The notes beneath the pieces were generated by a model. The model made no database searches, was not told where the DNA came from, and saw only the letters and a list, made by a program, of their open reading frames with translations. The translations under genes and the position numbers were made by a program. Shown here one piece after another: positions 54,912 through 63,569 of a stretch of DNA of 64,000 nucleotides. Location of the stretch: the sequence record NC_047815.1; one strand, 5' to 3'. The stretch's first letter is position 1. Each line of letters starts with the position of its first letter.

Positions 54912-56018
54912 CTATCGGATTAAGTAGCCTTTTTCGATGTTGTATTGCAATTCCTTGCGCTGAACAGGACGAGTGGTACACACCCATTCCCAAGCCTGTT
55001 GATGCGCTGTGCGCTTCTTCGGCACCTCAGTTACTTTCAACACATAACGACGATCCGGCAGCACCAGTAAATCTTCTGGTTCAATCAAACCTACTTTGGC
55101 TGGCAGCACAACCGTGATGTTACCGATTGTGAGTTCCTGATCGTAGTTCAAGGTGTTGGCTTCTTCGCTGATGTTGCAGTTAACGCCGCTAACACCTAGA
55201 TCAAAGATAAACACGCAATGCGTAAAGATCTCAACATTGCAGACACGAATAATAATATTCTGTCCACGATGCTTGTCTAGGATGTCCATAGTCAGTTCAG
55301 TTGTCTGTCCGTTGATAACTGCCATAGGACGTGTGCCTGCACCAAACACTTTATCGTTGCTGCGCACGCTGTAGGTTGCTGAACGGAAGAACTTAGGCAC
55401 TGTCACATCAAAGTCAACAAAGCCCTTTTTGACCACCTGCCTGAACGCCGCTGGTGCCACAGATTGGTCCAGCGTGTAGCCCTCAATGCCTCGAACGTGG
55501 TGATGTGACATAACTACATACTGAAAGCCAACGGCAGCAAATCCTGGCTGAACACCTTGACGATAGCAGATACCACAGTTGACAACGTTGCCTCCATCCC
55601 AGCGTGTATCAAACTCCTCGCCAGTTGTCATTGCATCTGCCGCATCGATCAATGCCTTGCCTGCTGGATTAATTTCATCGAGCGGCACAGCGGTAGGACG
55701 TCCACCACCAAACATTGTACGTGCGGAAGGCGCGATACTGACACCAGCAGATTGTGCATCGGATTCACGGGCTACCGATTTCATTGCACCGATCTGATCA
55801 TCAAACGCCGTGTTGTCAACGCGGTTGCAGCTACACACAAGACCAAACTTGGCTCGCTTGTAAATGATGCAGCGCGTGGCGTCAACTGCCAAAGCCTGTT
55901 CCACTTTGGACTGAACTACCTCGATAACACTGTCCAAACGTTTTTGTACTCGCTCACCCTCATAAGTCTTGTAGGTCTTGTAGGGCGTGCGTGGTTTTCC
56001 TCGATTTACCCAGCTCAT
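54912..56018 (-). CDS. 368-aa protein with CSC/CxxC motifs, possible head-closure or neck protein
   Basis: GAGGAG RBS; CTAATTT motif at 56040; function is inference. Confidence 0.35.
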   Translation of the reverse strand: MSWVNRGKPRTPYKTYKTYEGERVQKRLDSVIEVVQSKVEQALAVDATRCIIYKRAKFGLVCSCNRVDNTAFDDQIGAMKSVARESDAQSAGVSIAPSARTMFGGGRPTAVPLDEINPAGKALIDAADAMTTGEEFDTRWDGGNVVNCGICYRQGVQPGFAAVGFQYVVMSHHHVRGIEGYTLDQSVAPAAFRQVVKKGFVDFDVTVPKFFRSATYSVRSNDKVFGAGTRPMAVINGQTTELTMDILDKHRGQNIIIRVCNVEIFTHCVFIFDLGVSGVNCNISEEANTLNYDQELTIGNITVVLPAKVGLIEPEDLLVLPDRRYVLKVTEVPKKRTAHQQAWEWVCTTRPVQRKELQYNIEKGYLIR

Positions 56019-56039
56019 ACAGTTCTCCTCTAGTGTTCA

Positions 56040-56046
56040 AAATTAG
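56040..56046 (-). promoter_or_regulatory. CTAATTT promoter-like motif
   Basis: 22 nt upstream of 56018. Confidence 0.5.
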
Positions 56047-56136
56047 TGAGTATATTTTCGCATTCGCACCTCACAATAGTTATTTATCTGAGTCAAAACT
56101 ATTACGCCCAAAAAGCCAATACAGTGGAGTGTTTTT

Positions 56137-56685
56137 ATGCGCATTTTAGCGGGCGACCCTGGAAAAGTTAATTTCGCACTCTCGGTAATTGAAGTTAACG
56201 GACGCAATCTGGATGTGTTAGGAACGCGCATGTTCAAGCGTCCTATCCAGAATCTGCATTATGATATGCGTCAGCCCACGCGAGAGTTTTTAAAAGAGAT
56301 ACGCGAGATCAACAAGTTGTACGGACCGTTTGATGCCATGTGCTTTGAACGCTTTCAGTCTCGTGGTCTCGGTGGTAACACGATTGAAGCAATCAGTTTG
56401 ATGCTGGGTGTGCTGTCGGCTTTTGCCTTGCAGCAAAACATTCCGCTTGATCTGATAACCGCATCGCAGTGGAAGAATGCTTTCAATCGTCACATGGATC
56501 TTAAAGGCTATTATGCTGAATACAACCTTACGTCCAAAAAGAGTCGCAAGGCAATCCATGAATTTGATGCATCACTGATTGGCGTGTATACCTTTTATCG
56601 CCACAGCAACATCAAACCTTTTGGCGGCTTCAACAAAGTCATTGAGCCTTTTGTTGAACGCTTTCTCTCAAGCCCAATACTGTAG
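56137..56685 (+). CDS. ruvC: RuvC-like Holliday junction resolvase (182 aa)
   Basis: ILAGDPG..NFA.S.I, CFERFQ, HEFDASLIG. Confidence 0.8.
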   Translation: MRILAGDPGKVNFALSVIEVNGRNLDVLGTRMFKRPIQNLHYDMRQPTREFLKEIREINKLYGPFDAMCFERFQSRGLGGNTIEAISLMLGVLSAFALQQNIPLDLITASQWKNAFNRHMDLKGYYAEYNLTSKKSRKAIHEFDASLIGVYTFYRHSNIKPFGGFNKVIEPFVERFLSSPIL

Positions 56686-56694
56686 GGAAACCGT

Positions 56695-56994
56695 ATGGTC
56701 AACGACGCACGCATCGCTGAGTTTTTATCAGAGTATGCAAAACAAACGGTCATGCTACAACACGGTAACATGCCTTCCCAGCCTGTAACAGAGACTGAGA
56801 TCAAGTTTGTGTCGAACAGGACTGAGCATGATTTTGAACGTAAGTTTTTATCAGAGCTAGCTCGTCAATGTGAAATGCGAGGTATTACAGGCAAGATTGA
56901 AAAAATCTATCATCGCCCGGTGTCAAGCGTTCCTATCGACGACACACGTAGCCTGACCCAAATCATGATCGGTTTTTCTTACGGTCTAGCCTGA
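56695..56994 (+). CDS. Hypothetical 99-aa protein
   Basis: AGGGA RBS; follows ruvC. Confidence 0.65.
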   Translation: MVNDARIAEFLSEYAKQTVMLQHGNMPSQPVTETEIKFVSNRTEHDFERKFLSELARQCEMRGITGKIEKIYHRPVSSVPIDDTRSLTQIMIGFSYGLA

Positions 56995-56998
56995 AATT

Positions 56999-57007
56999 CT
57001 GTAAATA
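56999..57007 (+). promoter_or_regulatory. CTGTAAATA promoter-like motif (plus strand)
   Basis: Orientation flips with gene direction; upstream of 57048. Confidence 0.6.
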
Positions 57008-57047
57008 GGCCATAGATAAACTTATCTGTAAATCACAGGATTTATTT

Positions 57048-57674
57048 ATGGTTGCTACAAAACAGCGTCAACAGAAAATACAAGTTACGGTCTTACAGGA
57101 TAACAGGCCGATTAACATCTGTCCTGAGCTGGAAAACAGTTCGGAACCCTTTCGCTTTCGTGGTCAGTGTCCTGTAACGCGTTGTCAGTATTGCACGCGT
57201 GCTACGGAGACTGGTTGTATGTCGCTTGATCGTCGTGAGTCGGCAGACAAGACAATTAGCCACAAAGAGATTGCGTACTACAAGAAAGGTCTGTTTCCCG
57301 AACTGCGTGAGTGTGACAACAAGCAATTGGACACCATGATCCGCCAAGCACAGACTCGTGCTAAGGCCGCTGTTGCACTAAGCAGTTACCTCACATCACT
57401 TGATGACAGTGACTGTGACAAATCTTTTGTTTATGTGGTTGGCAAACATCCAATGGTAGATCAGGTCCATAACTACTTGAGCCAGACCTTAGATGGGTAT
57501 CGCGTTTGGATGCTTGCTTATCTTGACGACACACAGCTCTTTCGTCAAACCGTACGTCGCATCGCCGACATTGAAATCCAATTAGGATCAACGCTGCGTC
57601 TCACTCCCAAGAAGTATTTGGGATTCTGTGCTGCGCTGAAAAAACTTAAACAATCTGGAGATAAAAATGGCTGA
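57048..57674 (+). CDS. Hypothetical 208-aa protein with Cys-rich N-domain
   Basis: CPE...CPVTRCQYC...C. Confidence 0.75.
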   Translation: MVATKQRQQKIQVTVLQDNRPINICPELENSSEPFRFRGQCPVTRCQYCTRATETGCMSLDRRESADKTISHKEIAYYKKGLFPELRECDNKQLDTMIRQAQTRAKAAVALSSYLTSLDDSDCDKSFVYVVGKHPMVDQVHNYLSQTLDGYRVWMLAYLDDTQLFRQTVRRIADIEIQLGSTLRLTPKKYLGFCAALKKLKQSGDKNG

Positions 57675-59397
57675 GATTACGCTGGAGCAATATAAGGAGT
57701 TGCTGTCGCGCAACGTTCTTAATGAGCCTGCATTCATCGTATCTAATCGCACCGTTCCGCAAGGCGATATCGGATTTCAAGTGTTGGGTGAAAACCTGAA
57801 AATGAAATCTGTCATCATTCCTGCTGGTGTTGGTAACTTTGATCTGACTCACCTTGCACCACTTGCTCATCTGCTTGCGTCAAGCGATATTAAAGCACTG
57901 CTGGACAAGCGCATGATCGCACTGATGAATCCTGGTGATATGCCTGAGCCATCAAAGACAATCGATCAGCCAACAATCGATCCAGCAGTAGAAGGCTCGA
58001 CTGTGGTTACTGGTACAACTGTGCCAAACGCCACTGTGTTTGTTATCCAAGGCGACAACACCTGGCGCTCAACTTCAGATTCATCAGGTCGCTTCTCAGT
58101 TCCTGTAAGTGGTCTGGTCGAAGGTGAATATCGTGTGCTGGTAAATGCTGATGGTTACGCTGGTCGTGAGTTCACGTTTACTGCTGGCGCACGCCCGAAT
58201 CAAGATTATCCATTAGTTACTAACGTTCAGGGTGAATATCGTGGCACGCATATTACGGGCACCACAGTTCCTAACGCCGATGTTTCTGCTACTTTTGACG
58301 GCAAGTCCTTTGACGATACTGCCGACAGCAACGGCGCGTTTGACATTACGACCGACCCATTACCATTCCAGCCTGTCACTCTGACTTTTGCTGCGGATGG
58401 CTACAACACGCATGAACAGCAATTCACTCCTGCTCAGATCAGCATGGCCAATTTAAGCATTGATACTCCTGCTTACTTTGACACAGAGATCTCAGGCAGT
58501 GCAGAACCTGAATCCGTTGTTACTGTAGCTCCAGACGGTCAGCAAGAAGTCACTGCCGATGTTGCAGACAACGGTGACTACACCGCCACCATTCAGCCTC
58601 TGCGTGGTGCTGTTAAAGTCTATGCTAACGCTGCTGGTTTCCGTCAGACAGAAACTACTGCACAGCCTAATCGTCAAGTGCTGGGCAACATCACTGTCAA
58701 CAGCGTTGCAGATACCGACACAGAAGTATCTGGTAACGTTGCTGACGTTAATCCTGCCGCCAACGATCTGACCATTGAAGTCGTAACTCAGAACGGCCAA
58801 GTGAATGGTACTGTTGCTGCCGATGGTTCGTTCATCGTTCAGGGTGTTGACCTGACCAAAGGTACAACTGGTACTGTGACTATCAAGTCTGCGGAATACG
58901 AAGACAAACAGCAGCAGTTCTCTATCCTGCAATCGTTTGATACCTTCACCGTAAATCAGCTTGACGAAGGTCAGCCTGTAACGGGTAACACTGTTGCGAA
59001 TACTAATATCACATTGACACAGGGTGAAAACACCGCTAGTGGTTCAAGCAACGCACAAGGTGCATTCAGCATCAATCTGACCAACGCGCACAGCGGTCCA
59101 GTAGATGTAGCTCTGAGCCGTAACGGTTACGTGCCTGAAAACTTGCAGGCCCAGCTTGTGGTTACTGTGTTGCTTGACGTTGACGCGTTTGCTATCGGTG
59201 CTACATCAGTCACTGGTAACGCAACGCCAAACGCCACTGTTGAGTTTGTTCAAGATCAGAACACGGCTCAGGCAGTTGCAGACACTGACGGTGAGTTCAC
59301 TATCACCCTAACCGATCCGACTGTTGCGGGTAACTATACCGTTACTGCTACTCTCGAAAACTTTGAAGCACGTTCTGCTTCTGGCACTTTGGCTTAA
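57667..59397 (+). CDS. Ig-like repeat virion decoration protein (576 aa, about six repeats)
   Basis: Repeats (V/I)(T/S)G(T/N)(T/A).P(N/E)..V of about 75 aa with DS.G.F.I motifs; N-domain shared with the next gene. Confidence 0.8.
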   Translation: MAEITLEQYKELLSRNVLNEPAFIVSNRTVPQGDIGFQVLGENLKMKSVIIPAGVGNFDLTHLAPLAHLLASSDIKALLDKRMIALMNPGDMPEPSKTIDQPTIDPAVEGSTVVTGTTVPNATVFVIQGDNTWRSTSDSSGRFSVPVSGLVEGEYRVLVNADGYAGREFTFTAGARPNQDYPLVTNVQGEYRGTHITGTTVPNADVSATFDGKSFDDTADSNGAFDITTDPLPFQPVTLTFAADGYNTHEQQFTPAQISMANLSIDTPAYFDTEISGSAEPESVVTVAPDGQQEVTADVADNGDYTATIQPLRGAVKVYANAAGFRQTETTAQPNRQVLGNITVNSVADTDTEVSGNVADVNPAANDLTIEVVTQNGQVNGTVAADGSFIVQGVDLTKGTTGTVTIKSAEYEDKQQQFSILQSFDTFTVNQLDEGQPVTGNTVANTNITLTQGENTASGSSNAQGAFSINLTNAHSGPVDVALSRNGYVPENLQAQLVVTVLLDVDAFAIGATSVTGNATPNATVEFVQDQNTAQAVADTDGEFTITLTDPTVAGNYTVTATLENFEARSASGTLA

Positions 59398-59412
59398 TCA
59401 GTTTAAACTCTC

Positions 59413-59431
59413 AAGGGCTGTCATGGCCCTT
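59413..59431 (+). terminator. Short hairpin terminator
   Basis: AAGGGC-TGTCATG-GCCCTT. Confidence 0.45.
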
Positions 59432-59458
59432 TAAAACTAAATATTCTGGAGAATTACC

Positions 59459-60109
59459 ATGGGCGTTAAAGTAAAACCGATTACGTTAAACACGTACATT
59501 GACAGCTACGACATTTCAAAGGCACCGAGCCTGTTCGTTGTTAACCGCACCAACCCTCTGGGCGACATTGCGTTTAACTGTATCAATGACATGGGACAGC
59601 AGACTGCCGTTATCATTCCGGCAACTACTATCCCAATCGATCTGACCACTCAGGTCCCTGCTGATCTGTTGATTCGCAGCAGCTACTTCAAGCGTGTGTT
59701 GGAAAAATCGCGTGCGCGTATCATTACTACTGAATCCGCAGAGGCGTATATTGCAGACAGCCCGCGCTATCAGGAAGAATACAATCGCGTTAACAAGATT
59801 GATCAGGACGCGCGTGCTGGTGTGGGCGATCTGGAGAACGATGAAGAGATCGATCTGGATATGGGCAGCCGTGGCAAGCGTAGCATCAAACATGAAAACG
59901 AAGACGTATCTTCCAACATGTTTGTTAACGCATTCATTGAGCGTTGCAACGGCGATGACTACGATGACCATGCGCTGGAAGCTGAGTTCCTGAACAAAGG
60001 TCTCAACCTGCCAGTTAAAGAACTGCGTACCTTGTTGAAGTATGTTAACCGTCAAATCATTCGTGATCTGATTGTTGAAGCTATCAACGACGCAGAAGAA
60101 CCAGTTTAA
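59459..60109 (+). CDS. 216-aa protein, N-domain paralogous to the Ig-repeat protein
   Basis: NRTNPLGDIAF...VIIPA...DLT...SS.FK..LEK. Confidence 0.8.
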   Translation: MGVKVKPITLNTYIDSYDISKAPSLFVVNRTNPLGDIAFNCINDMGQQTAVIIPATTIPIDLTTQVPADLLIRSSYFKRVLEKSRARIITTESAEAYIADSPRYQEEYNRVNKIDQDARAGVGDLENDEEIDLDMGSRGKRSIKHENEDVSSNMFVNAFIERCNGDDYDDHALEAEFLNKGLNLPVKELRTLLKYVNRQIIRDLIVEAINDAEEPV

Positions 60110-60111
60110 AT

Positions 60112-60150
60112 AAAAAAGGGAGGCCCCGTAATGAGGTCTCCCTTTTGTTT
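60112..60150. terminator. Bidirectional terminator between convergent genes
   Basis: AAAAAAGGGAGGCC...GGTCTCCCTTTTG. Confidence 0.8.
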
Positions 60151-61222
60151 ATGCCGCACGCCTTTTCTTTTTACTAACTGCTTTCTCAGCAGGCTTTCTG
60201 TTCCAGCCTAAACGTTTAGCAGGAATCAAACAACCTTTACCATATTTGTCACGCAGCACTGATTTCACTTCACGTATGATTTCAATCGGACAGTTATCTG
60301 GGTCTAGTTTGATCAACTTACCTTTATCATCTTTCTCACGAGGAAGTTTGAAGTGCTTTGATTTAAGACCGCTTGCACGAAACGCTTCATCAATCTTGCC
60401 GCGCAACAGTTTACCACCACCATCGTTATCAGTCATGGTATACACAGTACCGATATCAAGCATTTCAATTGAGCGAACTTTTGTTGAACCGAACTGCTCT
60501 GCACCCAACACAGCAAGAGCTGGAATGCCATACGACAACAAAGCAAGCGCATCACGAGGACCTTCAACAAGCACAACATAACGCAGCTTGTATTTGCGAA
60601 TCATCTTGCGTGTCAACTCAATCGGGAACAAGCCTTTATCTTTTGCCCAATCACCTTGTGAGTTTATATAGCTGGAGCCGTTCATCTGTTTAGACAGATA
60701 AGCAGCGACACCACCTATATATTTTGAACCATGCTTGCACGGAAAGAAACATACGTTTGAACCGGTACGCTGTGCATTCAACAGGCCACCAGCATCTTGC
60801 ACAAGTCTGCCTGGATAACCGCGCCACTCAACATCTTCTGGCCACTGCATGTAACTTGAACGACCGAGTGCTTTCATCAACAACGCTACTGATGCATAGG
60901 TACCAACTCGATTGCCAATCTTTTCATATGTCTGACGCAGCGCAGACAGCGAGTTTGTTCCAGCATCTTTTAACTTCCAGCCTTTGATGACTGCAAGACC
61001 TGCGTGCTCTGCAAGCTGATTCCAGTTGCCTCGAACACCACAACCAAAACAGTGATAAAACCCTAAAGGTATTTCCATACCAACTGATGTATAGATACCA
61101 CAGCTTGGTGTTTTATCGTGGTGAAACGGACAGCAGACCATCACTGTGTCACCATTATACTTCTTATCACCAGGCAGTTTGCCGATCTCTTCTATGATCG
61201 TCTGGTGAACGTCTTCGGACAT
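60149..61222 (-). CDS. dnaG: DNA primase (CHC2 zinc finger + TOPRIM), 357 aa
   Basis: CCPFHHDKTPS...HCFGCG; LVEGPRDAL; TDNDGGG. Confidence 0.9.
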   Translation of the reverse strand: MSEDVHQTIIEEIGKLPGDKKYNGDTVMVCCPFHHDKTPSCGIYTSVGMEIPLGFYHCFGCGVRGNWNQLAEHAGLAVIKGWKLKDAGTNSLSALRQTYEKIGNRVGTYASVALLMKALGRSSYMQWPEDVEWRGYPGRLVQDAGGLLNAQRTGSNVCFFPCKHGSKYIGGVAAYLSKQMNGSSYINSQGDWAKDKGLFPIELTRKMIRKYKLRYVVLVEGPRDALALLSYGIPALAVLGAEQFGSTKVRSIEMLDIGTVYTMTDNDGGGKLLRGKIDEAFRASGLKSKHFKLPREKDDKGKLIKLDPDNCPIEIIREVKSVLRDKYGKGCLIPAKRLGWNRKPAEKAVSKKKRRAA

Positions 61223-61238
61223 ATTGTCACCCGTTTGT

Positions 61239-61245
61239 CTAATTT
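61239..61245 (+). promoter_or_regulatory. CTAATTT motif (plus strand)
   Basis: 46 nt upstream of 61292. Confidence 0.5.
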
Positions 61246-61265
61246 AAACATGTACACTTAGGCGA

Positions 61266-61274
61266 TATTTACAG
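61266..61274 (-). promoter_or_regulatory. CTGTAAATA motif upstream of primase
   Basis: Exact copy in the divergent intergenic region. Confidence 0.55.
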
Positions 61275-61291
61275 TATTAGGAGCTGACACT

Positions 61292-61603
61292 ATGGCCGTC
61301 TACGCTACAAACACAACACGCCGTTTTTATCACGCTCACTGGTGCCGTCTTGCTCGTCATATTGGTCTGGATATTCAGCGTTACGCCGCATTTAACGGCG
61401 AAGATATGATTGGCCTGAAACTGCCGCGTGAGGGTTTCACTGCCGAGCAGTTGTTCACAAAGATGAACACCCTGAATAAAATTTCACAGACGGTAGAGAA
61501 CAAAGTACCTATGCGGGTTTACCTGTTTGGTGCTCGTCGCTATCGCTTTGTGCTTTTCGAGCAGTTTATCTCAGTAACAGAGGTATCTAATGAGGACGTT
61601 TGA
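61292..61603 (+). CDS. Hypothetical 103-aa protein
   Basis: AGGAG RBS. Confidence 0.7.
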   Translation: MAVYATNTTRRFYHAHWCRLARHIGLDIQRYAAFNGEDMIGLKLPREGFTAEQLFTKMNTLNKISQTVENKVPMRVYLFGARRYRFVLFEQFISVTEVSNEDV

Positions 61604-62666
61604 TGCCGTACCTAAGTTTATCGATCACAGGAAGTTGTCGCGTATCGGTAAAATGATTGATGCAGCCCTTGACCACACGGTTAAGGAGCGTCGTGAATAC
61701 GTAAAAAAGCGCGTTAGTCCCAGCATGTTTCCTATTTGCAGTGTGCAAGAGTATGCCAAGCAACTGTACTCAAAACACAACCGTGCAATGACGGGTGAAT
61801 CAGGAACCATGCTGAACATCTTTGCTAAAGCTGGTACAGGCATGCATGAATCAGTACAGAATGCTTTAGGCTTTAGCGGTCAGATGGTTGGTCACTGGAA
61901 GTGTCAGAACAGGAAATGTGCTGAACACCACAAGACCAAAGACGTGTGGAAAGATGGGCGCCGTGTCAAGAAGGGTAAGTACACGCGTACAAACTCGACT
62001 GACAACATGTGCCCCAACTGCAAGCAGCCTATGGCTTACAGTGAACTCAAGGTTCTCTATAAATCTCTTAAAGGATTTGTTGATGGGTTAATCGACAACC
62101 TTGATGGAACATACAGCATCATCGATCTGAAATCAACTATGGTCAGTAAAGCACAGGACGGTTCGTTCTTTGTCAAGTACCATCGCTATCAGATCGCTAC
62201 CTACGCCTACATCTTGTCAAAGCGTTATGGCTACAACATTGTGGACTACACGCTTGTGTATGTACCTCGTGATAATCCCAAGAAGTTTGTGGAGAAGTCA
62301 TTTGTCTACGACGAGAAAGAGGCACGAGCAGCGCGTGACTTTATGATGAAGCAGATCAATGCATGGGATGCAACGATCAAGTCTCTGCGCAAGGGTGATG
62401 CCAAGTACGCAATCAAACACAAGCCATGCCGTTCTGAGAAATATTATTGGGATGAGTTTCATGGCTATGATGAATGCCCTTTTTTGAACTACTGCTTTAT
62501 TGAATCTCGCCTTACGGAATTCCTTGAGCGTCTTGAACAGACAATCATGGCAAATCCTGACATGACCTACGCTGAGGTTGTTCGCCCACAAGCTGAACCG
62601 CAACAGGGTCTTGTCAAAAAGAAATTTCGAGAGAAGACCAAAGTCGTCAAGCAGTTTGAACTATGA
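61590..62666 (+). CDS. Cas4-like PD-(D/E)xK exonuclease with zinc-ribbon insert (358 aa)
   Basis: SPSMFPIC, GTGMHE, GFVDGL, IIDLKS, YQIATYA, C-terminal C...CPFLNYC; insert CQNRKC..CPNC. Confidence 0.85.
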   Translation: MRTFDAVPKFIDHRKLSRIGKMIDAALDHTVKERREYVKKRVSPSMFPICSVQEYAKQLYSKHNRAMTGESGTMLNIFAKAGTGMHESVQNALGFSGQMVGHWKCQNRKCAEHHKTKDVWKDGRRVKKGKYTRTNSTDNMCPNCKQPMAYSELKVLYKSLKGFVDGLIDNLDGTYSIIDLKSTMVSKAQDGSFFVKYHRYQIATYAYILSKRYGYNIVDYTLVYVPRDNPKKFVEKSFVYDEKEARAARDFMMKQINAWDATIKSLRKGDAKYAIKHKPCRSEKYYWDEFHGYDECPFLNYCFIESRLTEFLERLEQTIMANPDMTYAEVVRPQAEPQQGLVKKKFREKTKVVKQFEL

Positions 62667-63076
62667 AACGAGACTTTCAACGATCAGTTATGAGGATTCA
62701 AGAGGCTGTCAACATCTTGGAGTATGTCGGTCACGACTACGAACAACTCCAAACGGTGTCAGACAGCCTTGTTGATCCCCGTCTCATTCAGGACAAGAGC
62801 TATTGCCTGAGTGTTATGCTGTTGAGCCAAACGGCTATCACCGTTGCTCGCTATTTCGAAAGTATCAACCAGCTTGATATAAAGCGGCAGATGCTTGAAA
62901 ACAAATTGTACACGCCAGAGATAGGCAACAAGATCAAACGCATGGCAGAAGCGCGTCGTACCATAGAGCGTAACGTTGCGTGCTATCAAGGTCTGTTATC
63001 TTATCGCAGCAATCTAGTGCTGAACATCGTTCGTGGCGTTCCATTCGAAAACAGATATTTCAGACAGGAGCCTTAA
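62663..63076 (+). CDS. Hypothetical 137-aa protein
   Basis: Overlaps the stop of the upstream gene. Confidence 0.7.
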   Translation: MKRDFQRSVMRIQEAVNILEYVGHDYEQLQTVSDSLVDPRLIQDKSYCLSVMLLSQTAITVARYFESINQLDIKRQMLENKLYTPEIGNKIKRMAEARRTIERNVACYQGLLSYRSNLVLNIVRGVPFENRYFRQEP

Positions 63077-63077
63077 A

Positions 63078-63569
63078 TTGGAAATCATTGTCAGCATTAG
63101 TGCCACAGGCGCTGAAAAGAGTCGCAATCGTGTGGACAGCCAAGAGTCCACCACTGGTCGTGTAGACCTCAGCGAATACACAAACCTTGAAAAGAAGATT
63201 CGTCAAACAGAGGAAGCAAAAGAGAAGCAAGATCTTGCTAAAAAGGCGAGTGGCGAAAATTCTGTAAAGAAAAAGAAAGCTACTAAACCTGATGCAGATG
63301 ATGCTGGTGGAGACGACGATGATGATTCAGCAGATAATGCCTCATTTGGATTCGACGACGACTCCTCAGATGACTCTGGATCTGATGATGGAGACGACTC
63401 CGATGATTCCTCAGATAGCAAGCCCAAGAAAGGTAAAGGAAAGAAACCAGCGTCCGATGATGAAGATGGATCTGACGAATCCGAAGGTGACGACGGGTCT
63501 GACTCTGATGAAGACGATTCAGGATCAGATGACGAAGAGGAACTTGACGAAGCAGACTTGGAAGAGTGA
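63078..63569 (+). CDS. 163-aa D/E/S/G-rich low-complexity protein with MEIIVSISA N-terminus
   Basis: TTG at 63078, 7 nt after CAGGAG; acidic tail with a KPKKGKGKK insert. Confidence 0.75.
   Translation: MEIIVSISATGAEKSRNRVDSQESTTGRVDLSEYTNLEKKIRQTEEAKEKQDLAKKASGENSVKKKKATKPDADDAGGDDDDDSADNASFGFDDDSSDDSGSDDGDDSDDSSDSKPKKGKGKKPASDDEDGSDESEGDDGSDSDEDDSGSDDEEELDEADLEE

Noticed and set aside
252-55800. Numerous plus-strand and alternate-frame ORFs in the track (for example 16672-17493, 19345-20205, 27981-28682)
   Set aside because: Antisense shadows of long minus-strand genes that carry clear motifs; they lack RBS and domain signals.
62640-62666. C-terminal KQFEL of the Cas4-like protein as a beta-clamp-binding motif
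   Set aside because: Only a loose match to QL(S/D)LF, and the clamp is too divergent to predict its ligand.
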